Under the pieces are notes generated by a model, which had not been told where the DNA came from, made no database searches, and worked only from the letters and a program-made list of their open reading frames with translations. Made by a program: the position numbers and the translations under genes. A DNA stretch of 64,000 bases, taken from positions 62,001 through 126,000 of the IMG/VR virus record IMGVR_UViG_3300009104_001210. One strand, 5' to 3'. Within the stretch, counting starts at the first letter, position 1. Every line of letters begins with the position of its first letter. This document shows, one piece after another, positions 16,731 to 27,333 of the stretch.

Positions 16731-18542
16731 ATGGCACAAATTATAAAACTTAGACGAGGAACGTTAGCACAGTTAAATAGCGTAACTTTACAGAATGGTG
16801 AACTTGGTGTAGTAACCAGTTCAGTATCAAATATAGGCGATTCTGTATTAAAAACTGCAATTGTTGCGGGTCACTCTGATGGTACAAATCGTTTAAGTAT
16901 AGCAAGAATTATAACAGGTAATGCAACACCAGATTTAAGTGGAGTAACAGGCGGATCAAATTTCAATGATATGTTATATCATGAAACTGACGCTAAAACA
17001 CTTTACGTTTTAAATACTGGTGGTAATACAAATTTAGATTTAACAGGTAATATTAAAGATAGAGAAATCGGTGGTGCATTAGATGTTACAGGTAGATTAG
17101 ATGCACAAGCAGGACTTCAAGTAACAGGGTCATTAAGTGTAAGTGGCAATGGAACGTTTGGTGGAAATTTAACATTTGGAGATGCCGATACTGATCTCGT
17201 TACTTTTAGTGCAGATATAGGTTCTAATCTTTTACCAAATACAGATGATACATATGATATAGGTTCAGCTACACAGGCATGGCAAGATTTATTTTTAGAA
17301 GGGGATATAACCTTATCAGATGCTGGAGCAGTACAGTCTACAGCAGGTAATTTAACAGTAGATAGTAAAGCAGCTACTTTAGTATTAGACGGACATACAG
17401 GAGTAGATATTGACGCATCAAATAGTGGTAAAGTTTCTATTGATGGTGCAGGTGGTATTGATATTGGTGTTGCGGCAGATGTTGCGATAGATATTGATTC
17501 AGCAGCATTAGATATTGATGCAAGTGGTGCTATTACTATTGACGGCACATCTACATTCTCCTTAGATGCCGCTGGAAATACTAATATTGATACATCTACA
17601 GGTACTATATCTGTAGGTACTGCTAATAGTGGTATCGCAGTAAATATTGGACACTCAACATCCGAAGTAACGATAGGTGATAATCTTACTGTAAATGGTG
17701 ATGCAGCGTTCACAGGTGACTTGACTGTAAATGGCACAACTACATTTATTTCAAGTAGCCAATTAGATATTGGCGACAATATTGTTCAAGTTAATGCTGT
17801 AAGTCCAGTTAGGTATGGTGGTTTACAAGTAAATGATGTAAATGCTAATACAACTGGTTCAATAGTATGGGATAGTACTAATGATTATTGGTTGGCTGGA
17901 TTTTCGGGTTCAGAATATAGAGTACCAATACAAAATACTACTACGGCTTTAACAAATAATAGAGTAGTAATAGCACAAGGTAATGGTAGAATTGAATCTT
18001 CAGCTAATATTACTGATGATGGTTCTACGGTAGATTTTAATGATGTTGATTTAACATCACTTGATAAATTAGAAGGTGTAGATACTAATACTTATATAGA
18101 TATTGGTGGTTCTGGACTAATTGTAACTAAAGGTACAATACAACCATCAGCACATAATGGAAATGATTTAGGTGCAACTGGTACAAGATATAAAGATTTG
18201 TGGTTACAAGGAAATGCAGATTTAGAAGGTGATATTGATGTAAATGGCACGGCCAACCTGGATAATACAGATATAGATGGAACACTTGATGTAGCAGGAG
18301 TGGCAGATTTTCAATCAAGAGTAGATGCTCAAGCAAGTTTAGCAGTAACAGGTTCAGTTTATGTAAGTGCTGGGGCTAGTGTAGCAGCAAGTTCTGCAAG
18401 TTTAGTAGCATTTAGAAATGCTAATACACAACTTGGATATTTAGCATCAGCTAATACTCAAGCAATAACCGTTGGATTGATTGGATATAATACAAGTGGA
18501 AACTTAACTGTTAGTTCATTAATTGACGGGGGAAGTTTCTAA
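16731..18542 (+). CDS. Tail fibre protein
   Basis: MAQIIKLRRGT...GELGV N-terminal anchor (Mtd-N/hyaluronidase-N-like); Gly/Asp-rich repeats; ends IDGGSF. Confidence 0.7.
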   Translation: MAQIIKLRRGTLAQLNSVTLQNGELGVVTSSVSNIGDSVLKTAIVAGHSDGTNRLSIARIITGNATPDLSGVTGGSNFNDMLYHETDAKTLYVLNTGGNTNLDLTGNIKDREIGGALDVTGRLDAQAGLQVTGSLSVSGNGTFGGNLTFGDADTDLVTFSADIGSNLLPNTDDTYDIGSATQAWQDLFLEGDITLSDAGAVQSTAGNLTVDSKAATLVLDGHTGVDIDASNSGKVSIDGAGGIDIGVAADVAIDIDSAALDIDASGAITIDGTSTFSLDAAGNTNIDTSTGTISVGTANSGIAVNIGHSTSEVTIGDNLTVNGDAAFTGDLTVNGTTTFISSSQLDIGDNIVQVNAVSPVRYGGLQVNDVNANTTGSIVWDSTNDYWLAGFSGSEYRVPIQNTTTALTNNRVVIAQGNGRIESSANITDDGSTVDFNDVDLTSLDKLEGVDTNTYIDIGGSGLIVTKGTIQPSAHNGNDLGATGTRYKDLWLQGNADLEGDIDVNGTANLDNTDIDGTLDVAGVADFQSRVDAQASLAVTGSVYVSAGASVAASSASLVAFRNANTQLGYLASANTQAITVGLIGYNTSGNLTVSSLIDGGSF

Positions 18543-18605
18543 AAGATTTTTGGGGTATATACCCCGTAACGTGATAACAATATATATTGTTGGAGAATAT
18601 GCCAA

Positions 18606-18926
18606 ATGGCACAAACTGTAAAACTCAAAAGGAGTTCTACCGCAGGTAAAATTCCTACGACAAGTAATTTAGCATTGGGTGAGCTAGCTATCAATACAAG
18701 TGATGGTAAAGTTTATTTCGAAAAAAATGATGGTTCAGCGACTATTCAGTCCATTCTTACAACAAATACAAAAAAACCAATAACAGGATCACTTAATATG
18801 AGTGGAAGTGCTACTTATGTGGTTGGCGTTACGGGAAGTATAAATACTAAAAGTGGAAGAGTTTATGAACAAGGAAGCGCTGTTGTAGATACAGCTATGG
18901 CGTTTTCAATAGTATTTGGAGGATAA
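18606..18926 (+). CDS. Short fibre-anchor domain protein
   Basis: MAQTVKLKRSSTAGKIPTTSNLALGELAINTSDGKVYF, a typical fibre N-terminal domain. Confidence 0.65.
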   Translation: MAQTVKLKRSSTAGKIPTTSNLALGELAINTSDGKVYFEKNDGSATIQSILTTNTKKPITGSLNMSGSATYVVGVTGSINTKSGRVYEQGSAVVDTAMAFSIVFGG

Positions 18927-18929
18927 TAA

Positions 18930-19256
18930 GTGGCTAATACATTTAAAAATGCAGCAACAGGATCGGATACGACTATAAATAAATTTTATCAATGTCCTGC
19001 CGCTACTACTGCAGTTGTACACGCAATTTATGTAAGTAATGTTGATGGTTCAAATGATGCAACAATTAATCTTACTGTTAGTGGTAGTGCAAATTTTTCA
19101 ACAAGAAGACATATAGCTAAAACTGTAAATGTACCCGCAGACTCAACACTTATTATTGAAAAACCAGTTAATTTGGGAGCGGGGGATAAGTTAGAAAGTC
19201 AAGCATCAGCAAATAATGATTTAGAAGTATTTGCTAGTATATTGGAGATTACCTAA
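18930..19256 (+). CDS. Small virion structural protein
   Basis: GTG start; MANTFKNA...AIYVSNVDG...VPADSTLII..L.AGDKL pattern common in fibre clusters. Confidence 0.6.
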   Translation: MANTFKNAATGSDTTINKFYQCPAATTAVVHAIYVSNVDGSNDATINLTVSGSANFSTRRHIAKTVNVPADSTLIIEKPVNLGAGDKLESQASANNDLEVFASILEIT

Positions 19257-19492
19257 TGAGTGATTTAACATTTCTTGGCTATAAAAGAATTAATAGTGAT
19301 ACCGACGTTGATGGTAATCTTGTTGTATCAGGCTCAATTACCTCTACGGGAGCTATAAAAGAAGGCACTACTTCTTTAGTTAGTTTTAGTGCATTAGAAA
19401 AAATGGTTGTAACAGAAGCAACAACAAATATTTTGAATTTTGAACTAATAACAGATTCTACGGGAGATGTTGTAGTTTATACAGCATTGTAA
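19256..19492 (+). CDS. Hypothetical virion protein
   Basis: 78 aa; coupled to the upstream gene (TAATG). Confidence 0.55.
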   Translation: MSDLTFLGYKRINSDTDVDGNLVVSGSITSTGAIKEGTTSLVSFSALEKMVVTEATTNILNFELITDSTGDVVVYTAL

Positions 19493-19506
19493 TTAAGGAA
19501 TAAGAA

Positions 19507-22500
19507 ATGGCAAAAGTACATTCGAGTTTATCAGGAGCAGAACTACACAATCCTAAAGGTATTGATGCTTTAAATACATCAACTGCTTTAGTAATGAGCC
19601 AATCGGCACAGACTATACACGCAAGTAGTTCTATTTTACCAAACGCACAAAACACATATGATTTAGGTTCAGCAACCCGTGCTTGGAAAACAGCATACAT
19701 ATCTACAGGCTCACTTAAATTTGTAAATCCAGGAAATAATTCAGTAGTAGCATCAATATCAGCATCGGCAGATGGTAATTTTGATTTTGGTAATGCACAG
19801 ATTAGTGGTAGTGCTAATTCTACAGGTTCTTTTGGTAGATTAGAAGTAGCAGGTAATACAAATCTTACAGGAGACATTACAGTTGGTGGAAATTTAACAC
19901 TTGGTGATGCAGCATCTGATTCTGTTTCAATATCAGCAGATTTAACTTCTCATCTTATTCCAAATGCAGACGCCACTTATGATTTAGGTTCAAGTTCTCA
20001 AGGTTGGAATGATTTACATTTAGGTAGTGGTGGAGTTATTAATTTAGATGGTGGAGATGTAACTCTTACACATAGTGCTAATACAATTACAGTTGCAGGT
20101 GGTACTTTAGCCGCAGCAGCTATAACTGGTACAACAATTGATGCGTCAACGGATTTTACTATAGGTTCAACTGTTATTACGGATGATTCAATTGTGATGA
20201 CTCCATCAACAAGTGATACAGTTACTATTGCTGGAGCAACTAACGGAATTCTTAATATCACTACAGTAGATGCAGCAGGAACAGCAGGAGATATTAATGT
20301 AACCGCTGATGGTCAGATTGAATTTAGAGCTAATGACGCAGCAGGACACATTTTTGATATTAATGGAACAAATCAAGTATCAATTATAGATGGTTCAATA
20401 TTACCAATAACTAATAATGATATTGATTTAGGTTCTGATGCTAAAGAATTTAAAGATATATGGATTGATGGTACTGCATACTTAGATACTGTAGATATAG
20501 ATGCTGGAGCAATTGACGGAACTACTATTGGGGCCAATTCAGCTGCAGCTGGTACATTTGGCGCAATAGTTGGTACAACACTTTCAGCGACTGGAGATGT
20601 TGATTTAGGAAATGCAACAAGTGATACAATTACAGCAACGGGTAGATTTGATTCTGATATAGTACCATCTACAGATAGTGCTAGAGATTTAGGAACTTCT
20701 GCATTACAATTCGCAGAAGCTCATATTGATACAGGTCATATAGATGATATTACTGCTACAGGAACTTCAACACTTACAACAGTTGATATTAATGGTGGAG
20801 CAATTGATGGAACTACTATTGGTGCTAGTTCAGCAGCAGCTGGTACATTTACAAATTTAACAGTAACTACAGATGTTAATATTGATGACTCTGGTGGTGA
20901 TGGAGCAATGGATGGTGTTATTATTGGAGCATCAAGCGCAGCCGCTGGTACATTCACAACATTAAACACAACAGGACTTACCACGATAGGAGATGCGTCG
21001 GGTGATTCTTTAGTTATTAACGCAGCAACTATTAACCCAGCTAATATAGCAGCAGGAACAGATAATTCAGTTGTTGTTTATAATGGTTCAACATTAGTTA
21101 CAGATGAAATTGATTCAAGAGTTTGGGGAAGTACTTTAGTAGATACTGATGGTTCAGGAACAAATAATGAATTGGTAACTTGGTCTGATTCAGATACTAT
21201 AATTGGAGAAGGTAATTTAACTTTTAATGGTTCAGTATTAGCAGTTACAGGTGATCAAACAATATCAGATACATTATCTGTAACAAACAGTATTACAGGT
21301 TCTATAGTTAGTGCTTCAACTGGTCAATTTACATCAATAACTGGCGTAACAACATTAACCGCTGGTGGAAATTTAGATATTGGAGCTCACGATTTAAGAG
21401 CAGCGACAATCACCGCAGACGGATTATCAAGTGGTAGAGTTGTATTCGCTGGAACAGCTGGAGTCTTATCAGACGATTCTGATTTAACATTTAGTGGTGA
21501 TACTTTAACCGCTACAAAGATAGGAGCTTTCACATTATCTGGAAAACTCACGGCGGGAAGCACAGAGATCGAAGGTTCGGCTTTTGATATTGATGGTGGA
21601 GATATTGCAAGTGGAGTAACAATTAATAAATCACCTGTAGTTAATTTTAATAGTGGTGATGTTCAAGGTTCAATAACTTTAAGTAATTTAGCAAGTGGTA
21701 CAGGAGCACTAACAATTCAAGCCGATTCAGTTGAACATTCTATGATTAATGATAATTTAATTAGTGGATTTTCGAATTTAGGTAGTGCAGGAGTCGCTCA
21801 AGGTGATGAATTTTTATTCTCTGATAATGGAACTTTAAAAGCATTAACTTTTTCAAACCTTGAAGATACTATATTCGGTAATGTAAGTGGAGATGCCACA
21901 ATCGCAGCAGGTGGTGCTTTAACAATTGGCGCAGGAGCAGTAGAAAACTCAATGTTGGCAAACTCAACAATTAGTGGAGTAGCACTTGGTAGTAACTTAA
22001 ATAGTTTATCCATTACTGCAAATGGTGGTATTGGAATGACAAGTTATAATGGTTCTGCAGCAGTATCAAACTTAGCATTAGATATTGATGGTATGACTGA
22101 TATTGGAGCCGCAATTGTAGATGCAGATTTACTAATTATAGATGACGGAGCTAATGGTACAAATAGAAAAGCTACCATGTCAAGATTGAAATCCTATATG
22201 GGTGATATATCTGGTGGTTCTACATTAGGTAATGTTCAAGTTGGTGTAACTGCTGGTGGTGAAATAGATACATCAAGTGGTAATTTAACAATAGATTCCG
22301 CAGGTGGAACAATTACGTTAGATGACCATGTAACAATTTCAGGTAATCTTACAGTCAATGGCGGCTCTACCGTTGTTTCAAGTAGTTTATTAGATATTGG
22401 TGATAGAATTATCACATTAAATGCAAATTCTGCAGCAGGAGATGGTGGACTTTATGTAAATGATGCCGATTCAGCAGAAACAGGTTCATTACTTTGGGAT

Positions 22501-24234
22501 GTGAGTGAAGATAGATGGGTAGGTGGATTGAAAGGTGCTGAAGCTAATGTAGTTTTAATTAATACAACGGATACACTTACAAACAAAACTTTAACAAGTC
22601 CTGATATTAATACACCAGATATTGATGGTGGTACTGTAGATGGGGCAACAATAGCAACTTCAGATATTACAGTTGGTTCAGGTAAAACTTTAGATGTTAG
22701 TGGTGGTACATTAACATTAGCCGCTGATCAAATAAGTGGTAATGCCATTAATGGTGGAACGATTGGTTCTACAACAATTACATCATTGACGACTTCAGGA
22801 ATAACTATTGGTGGACACACAGTTGATGACATTGATATTACTTCAGAAGCTTCAGACGCTGATGACCACTTAATGACAGCAGCAGCGATTAAGGCTAGAA
22901 TAGATGATTTAAAAGGTGTTACTTCAAATGTAGCAGGAACAGGTATAAGTGTAAGTGGAGCAACTGGAGCCGTTACAATTTCAACAAATGATGGTCAGAT
23001 TGTTCATGATAGTTTAAGTGGATTTGTAGCAAATGAACATATAGACCATAGTGGAGTTGATTTAACCGCTGGTTCAGGTATGACTGGTGGTGGTACAATA
23101 GCAGCAAGTAGAACATTTAATGTAATTGGCGGAGATGGAATTACAGCAAACGCTAATGATGTTGCTGTAACAGCAGCACAAACTACTATTACTTCAGTTG
23201 TAAATTCAAGTTTAGAAATAGGTAGAGATGCCGATAATAGAATTAAGTTTGGTACTGATAACCAAATAATTTTTGAAGTAGATGGTGGTGATAATGTAGT
23301 AATGAAAACAAGTGGTGAAATTGAGGCCACTTCATTAGATATTAGTGGGGATGTAGATGTAGACGGTACACTCGAAACCGACGCATTAACAATCGGGGGA
23401 GTAACATCAGTTCCTTTTGAAAGTGCAGATCATAGTAAATTAGATGGAATAGAAGCATCTGCAGATGTAACCGATACAGCAAATGTAACTGCAGCAGGTG
23501 CGTTAATGGATAGTGAATGTACTGACTTAGCCGCAGTTAAGGCAACAGAAGATGCATTTACAGCCGCACTTAAATCCAAACTTGATGGTATTGAAGCGTC
23601 AGCTACCGCAGACCAAACAATTACTTCTGGAACTGGTATGACAGGAGGTGGAAGTGGTGATATTACTCTTAATGTAGTAGGTGGAGATGGAATTACAGCA
23701 AATGCTAATGATATGGCAATCACACCAGCTCAAACAACTATTACAGGTATACACAACACCTCACTTCAAATTGGTAGAGACTCACATAATGAATTTGATT
23801 TCTCTACAGACAATGTAATAAAAGTTTCGGTTGATGCAGTTGATGATGAATTTAGATTTGCAGCAGGTGGAACATTTCACGCAGACGCAGATGTAGTTGC
23901 ATATTCTTCAACTACTGCTTCGGATATAAGTTTGAAGAAAAATATTACAGATACAAAATATGGTTTAGATGATATTATGAAACTTCGTGGTGTTGATTAT
24001 GATTGGAAACGAGAAGATATGGGACATGACGTTGGTGTGTTAGCACAAGAAGTTGAAGCAGTTATTCCTGAAATTGTGAAAGAATATGATGGTATGAAGG
24101 GAAGAGAAAAGTTTAAAGCAGTGGATTATAATAAGTTAGTTCCTGTTTTAATAGAATCTATTAAAGAACTTAAATTTAAATTAGATGAGCAAGAAGCTAT
24201 CATTAATGATATTAAAAGTATTGAACTCAACTAA
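19507..24234 (+). CDS. Long tail fibre with C-terminal intramolecular chaperone (peptidase S74)
   Basis: 1575 aa with internal repeats; C-terminal SDISLKKNI...LRGVDYDWK...GVLAQEVE...VDYNKLVPVLIESIKEL. Confidence 0.85.
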   Translation: MAKVHSSLSGAELHNPKGIDALNTSTALVMSQSAQTIHASSSILPNAQNTYDLGSATRAWKTAYISTGSLKFVNPGNNSVVASISASADGNFDFGNAQISGSANSTGSFGRLEVAGNTNLTGDITVGGNLTLGDAASDSVSISADLTSHLIPNADATYDLGSSSQGWNDLHLGSGGVINLDGGDVTLTHSANTITVAGGTLAAAAITGTTIDASTDFTIGSTVITDDSIVMTPSTSDTVTIAGATNGILNITTVDAAGTAGDINVTADGQIEFRANDAAGHIFDINGTNQVSIIDGSILPITNNDIDLGSDAKEFKDIWIDGTAYLDTVDIDAGAIDGTTIGANSAAAGTFGAIVGTTLSATGDVDLGNATSDTITATGRFDSDIVPSTDSARDLGTSALQFAEAHIDTGHIDDITATGTSTLTTVDINGGAIDGTTIGASSAAAGTFTNLTVTTDVNIDDSGGDGAMDGVIIGASSAAAGTFTTLNTTGLTTIGDASGDSLVINAATINPANIAAGTDNSVVVYNGSTLVTDEIDSRVWGSTLVDTDGSGTNNELVTWSDSDTIIGEGNLTFNGSVLAVTGDQTISDTLSVTNSITGSIVSASTGQFTSITGVTTLTAGGNLDIGAHDLRAATITADGLSSGRVVFAGTAGVLSDDSDLTFSGDTLTATKIGAFTLSGKLTAGSTEIEGSAFDIDGGDIASGVTINKSPVVNFNSGDVQGSITLSNLASGTGALTIQADSVEHSMINDNLISGFSNLGSAGVAQGDEFLFSDNGTLKALTFSNLEDTIFGNVSGDATIAAGGALTIGAGAVENSMLANSTISGVALGSNLNSLSITANGGIGMTSYNGSAAVSNLALDIDGMTDIGAAIVDADLLIIDDGANGTNRKATMSRLKSYMGDISGGSTLGNVQVGVTAGGEIDTSSGNLTIDSAGGTITLDDHVTISGNLTVNGGSTVVSSSLLDIGDRIITLNANSAAGDGGLYVNDADSAETGSLLWDVSEDRWVGGLKGAEANVVLINTTDTLTNKTLTSPDINTPDIDGGTVDGATIATSDITVGSGKTLDVSGGTLTLAADQISGNAINGGTIGSTTITSLTTSGITIGGHTVDDIDITSEASDADDHLMTAAAIKARIDDLKGVTSNVAGTGISVSGATGAVTISTNDGQIVHDSLSGFVANEHIDHSGVDLTAGSGMTGGGTIAASRTFNVIGGDGITANANDVAVTAAQTTITSVVNSSLEIGRDADNRIKFGTDNQIIFEVDGGDNVVMKTSGEIEATSLDISGDVDVDGTLETDALTIGGVTSVPFESADHSKLDGIEASADVTDTANVTAAGALMDSECTDLAAVKATEDAFTAALKSKLDGIEASATADQTITSGTGMTGGGSGDITLNVVGGDGITANANDMAITPAQTTITGIHNTSLQIGRDSHNEFDFSTDNVIKVSVDAVDDEFRFAAGGTFHADADVVAYSSTTASDISLKKNITDTKYGLDDIMKLRGVDYDWKREDMGHDVGVLAQEVEAVIPEIVKEYDGMKGREKFKAVDYNKLVPVLIESIKELKFKLDEQEAIINDIKSIELN

Positions 24235-24293
24235 AAAAAACGAAGTTTTTATTGTTTGAATTTATATTTATATATAATAAATAAGGAAATGTT

Positions 24294-24620
24294 ATGGCGA
24301 CAGCAAAAAAAGAAGAATCAAAGTTAGTAAGTCAATTAGAGGAAGCACAAAAAGAAACTAAATTTTCACAAGAAGAGATGGATTCTTTATCAAGTCTTCA
24401 GCAAAGATATCTTGAATGTCAAACCACATTTGGTCAAATATCAGTTCAGAAGTTACAACTTCAGCAACAGATAGATGGATTGTCCAAAGCTGAACAAGAT
24501 AATGTCGAAGCGTATCAACAAGTTCAACAAGATGAACAAGAGATGGCCAAAAAGCTGAATGAAAAGTACGGAGACGGTACTCTAGATCCTCAAACTGGTG
24601 TATTTACACCAAATAGTTAA
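24294..24620 (+). CDS. Coiled-coil protein, possible fibre assembly chaperone
   Basis: Gln/Glu-rich helix ending KYGDGTLDPQTGVFTP; follows the long fibre. Confidence 0.55.
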   Translation: MATAKKEESKLVSQLEEAQKETKFSQEEMDSLSSLQQRYLECQTTFGQISVQKLQLQQQIDGLSKAEQDNVEAYQQVQQDEQEMAKKLNEKYGDGTLDPQTGVFTPNS

Positions 24621-24739
24621 AGTTTTTTATAAAATATAGATAAAAATTACCTCAGAATTGTATTTTGAGAATTTTACATATATTTATATTTAATAAGATA
24701 AAACTTTTTATCTAAAATATATCATTTAGGAGAAAATCA

Positions 24740-27151
24740 ATGGCGGAAAGAATTGTAAGTCCAGGTGTCTTTACACGTGAACGAGACCTATCATTTCTTC
24801 CTCAAGGAATTGCAGAAATAGGGGCAGCAATTATAGGTCCAACTAAAAAAGGACCCGCATTCGTTCCAACTTTAATTCGCAATTTTTCTGAGTTTGAAGA
24901 AATGTTCGGTACACTCGACAAACGGTATTATACACCATATACTGTTCAGCAATATTTAAGAAGTGCTGGTACAGTAACAGTTGTGAGAGTATTAGGAATT
25001 GGTGGATATAAACCTGATGTTGTTGTTTTATCAGCAGTACGTAAGAACGGAGCGGGAGCTTCAGGCGCTAGAGGCACATTAGCTGTTTTAGCACCATCAC
25101 GTGGTGGTTCAAACGGAACTGCAGATTTAACACCATCTACAGGAAGTGGCACTTGGGGATCATATTCGTTAGTAGTGAGTGGAAGTGGTGTAACCACTTT
25201 TTCAAAATCTATTTCGTTTAATACTGCAAGTGCAAATTATATCGGAGAAGTTCTTAGTAGAGACCCACAAGTTAATACAGACGGTAGTACCACACACCCT
25301 GTATATCTTTATAAAGAGTTTAAAGGATTCGCATCCTCTACAGGTTCAAATGGTTGGCTTGGAGTAGTTACTGCTTCAGCAACTACACTTGATTTAAATT
25401 CAGGTGTAACTACATTTGGAGCAAATGGAGATGCAGATACTTGGACAGGTAATAAAGATTATAGTGTAGCAAGAACACCGTATATTCAATCACAAAAAGT
25501 TTCAGGAGCTAGATATAATCTATTTAGATTTTATACACGCTCACATGGAACAGGTATAAGTAGCAAATATAAAGTTAATGTGTTGAATGTTAAGGCAGCA
25601 GCTTCGATACCAGGTTCAGACTATGGTGCATTTTCAGTTCAAGTTAGGACTCATAATCCAGGACAAACTGACGATAATCAAATAGTAGAACAATGGGATA
25701 ATTTAAGTACTGATCCTGATTCAGCAAACTATTTTGCTAGAGTAATTGGTGATAGGTTTGTTGAAATTGATTCAAATGGCAAGTTAACCTATAAAGGTGA
25801 TTGGCCAAATATGAGTAAACATATTCGTATTGGTGATTACGCTAATTTAGAATCAATGCCTAAAACAGTTGTTCCTATGGGATTCGCAGCTTGTAATATA
25901 CCTGTATCAGGTGCACCTAGTGCTTCTTTTGTAACTTCGCAGGTTAATAGTAATGGTGATTTCGATTCAAATATATTTTATGGATTTGATTTTAGTTCAA
26001 CGAACTATGACAATTTAGAATATTTAGCACCAATACCAAAATCTGCAGCTACTACAGGTAACGTAACTATGTCTCTTGAAGATATGTTAGGTGCTAACGA
26101 TGCAAGCACATTGGCTAGTACTTATTCAGATGCTACAGAGAAAGTTACATTATCATTATCAGCAATTGGACAGAGAAAATTTTCAGTACCTTTCCAATGG
26201 GGATTTGATGGAGATAATCCTGGAAATCCAAAATTAACAGGTAATGATATTACTGCAGCAAATACTATGGGATTTGACTGTTCAAGTGCAACAACAAGTG
26301 GTTCAATAGCATATAAAAGAGCTATTAACGCAATAAGTAATCCTGATGAATTTGATATCAACTTATTGGTAACACCTGGTATTATTCATAGATTACATCC
26401 AAAAGTAACAAATCATTCAATCTTGAAAATAGAAGCAAGAGCGGATGCTTTTTATGTTATGGATGCAGCATCATGTGGAGATACTATAGCAGTAGTAACA
26501 AATACTGTAAGTGCACTTGATACAAATTACGCAGGAACATATTATCCCTGGGTTAAGATAGTTGACTCTAACACAAATAGACCTGTTTGGGTCCCACCTT
26601 CAGTTGTATTACCTGGAGTAATCGCATTTACTGATAAAGTGGCACATGAATGGTTCGCACCAGCTGGTCTAAATCGTGGTGGTTTAACTACAGTATTAGA
26701 AGCTAAAACAAGATTAACACACGCTGAAAGAGATGATCTTTATGAAGAAAGAGTTAATCCAATAGCTTCATTTCCTGGTCAGGGAGTTGTGGTATTCGGA
26801 CAGAAAACACTACAATCCAAACCATCAGCATTAGATAGAATCAATGTTCGTAGATTGTTGATTGCATTGAAGAAATTCATCGCATCATCTTCAAGATACT
26901 TAGTATTCGAACAGAATACAGTAGCAACAAGAAACAGATTCTTGAATATTGTTAATCCATATCTCGAAAGTGTACAGGCTAATAGTGGTCTAAGTGCATT
27001 TAAAGTAGTAATGGATGAATCAAATAACACACCTGATGTTGTGGATAGAAACAAATTGGTAGGACAGATATTTATTCAACCTACGAGAACTGCAGAGTTT
27101 ATCGTACTTGATTTCGTTGTTCAACCTACAGGGGCAGCATTCCCTGAATAA
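24740..27151 (+). CDS. gp18: Tail sheath protein (gp18-like)
   Basis: SPGVFTRERDLS, IIGPTKKGPAFVPT, WFAPAGLNRG, GQKTLQ, RINVRRLL, FIQPTRTAEFIVLDF motifs. Confidence 0.95.
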   Translation: MAERIVSPGVFTRERDLSFLPQGIAEIGAAIIGPTKKGPAFVPTLIRNFSEFEEMFGTLDKRYYTPYTVQQYLRSAGTVTVVRVLGIGGYKPDVVVLSAVRKNGAGASGARGTLAVLAPSRGGSNGTADLTPSTGSGTWGSYSLVVSGSGVTTFSKSISFNTASANYIGEVLSRDPQVNTDGSTTHPVYLYKEFKGFASSTGSNGWLGVVTASATTLDLNSGVTTFGANGDADTWTGNKDYSVARTPYIQSQKVSGARYNLFRFYTRSHGTGISSKYKVNVLNVKAAASIPGSDYGAFSVQVRTHNPGQTDDNQIVEQWDNLSTDPDSANYFARVIGDRFVEIDSNGKLTYKGDWPNMSKHIRIGDYANLESMPKTVVPMGFAACNIPVSGAPSASFVTSQVNSNGDFDSNIFYGFDFSSTNYDNLEYLAPIPKSAATTGNVTMSLEDMLGANDASTLASTYSDATEKVTLSLSAIGQRKFSVPFQWGFDGDNPGNPKLTGNDITAANTMGFDCSSATTSGSIAYKRAINAISNPDEFDINLLVTPGIIHRLHPKVTNHSILKIEARADAFYVMDAASCGDTIAVVTNTVSALDTNYAGTYYPWVKIVDSNTNRPVWVPPSVVLPGVIAFTDKVAHEWFAPAGLNRGGLTTVLEAKTRLTHAERDDLYEERVNPIASFPGQGVVVFGQKTLQSKPSALDRINVRRLLIALKKFIASSSRYLVFEQNTVATRNRFLNIVNPYLESVQANSGLSAFKVVMDESNNTPDVVDRNKLVGQIFIQPTRTAEFIVLDFVVQPTGAAFPE

Positions 27152-27183
27152 GTTTGACTTATAAACAACGCTGACGTATAATG

Positions 27184-27216
27184 AAAAACCCTGATTTCGG
27201 TTGGGGTTTTTCTTTT
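27184..27216 (+). terminator. Probable (possibly leaky) terminator after the sheath gene
   Basis: AAAAACCCTGAT-TTCG-GTTGGGGTTTTT stem with several G-U pairs, then a U-tract. Confidence 0.6.
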
Positions 27217-27333
27217 TATATAAAAACTTCAATAAAACTAATAAGAAGTCTTATTTTCTAATATTGTTATTTTTTTAATTTTTTGATATTTATAATAGAA
27301 GAAGATATAATAATTGCTTTTAGGAGAAAAATA

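Noticed and set aside
16731-24234. Diversity-generating retroelement acting on the fibres
   Set aside because: The Mtd-N-like anchor is only an attachment domain. No reverse transcriptase or TR/VR pair differing at adenines was seen in this window.
27283-27333. ORF-track N-terminal extension of the tail tube protein
   Set aside because: It overlaps the ATATTTAT promoter motif and the SD AGGAG; ATG 27334 is the better start.
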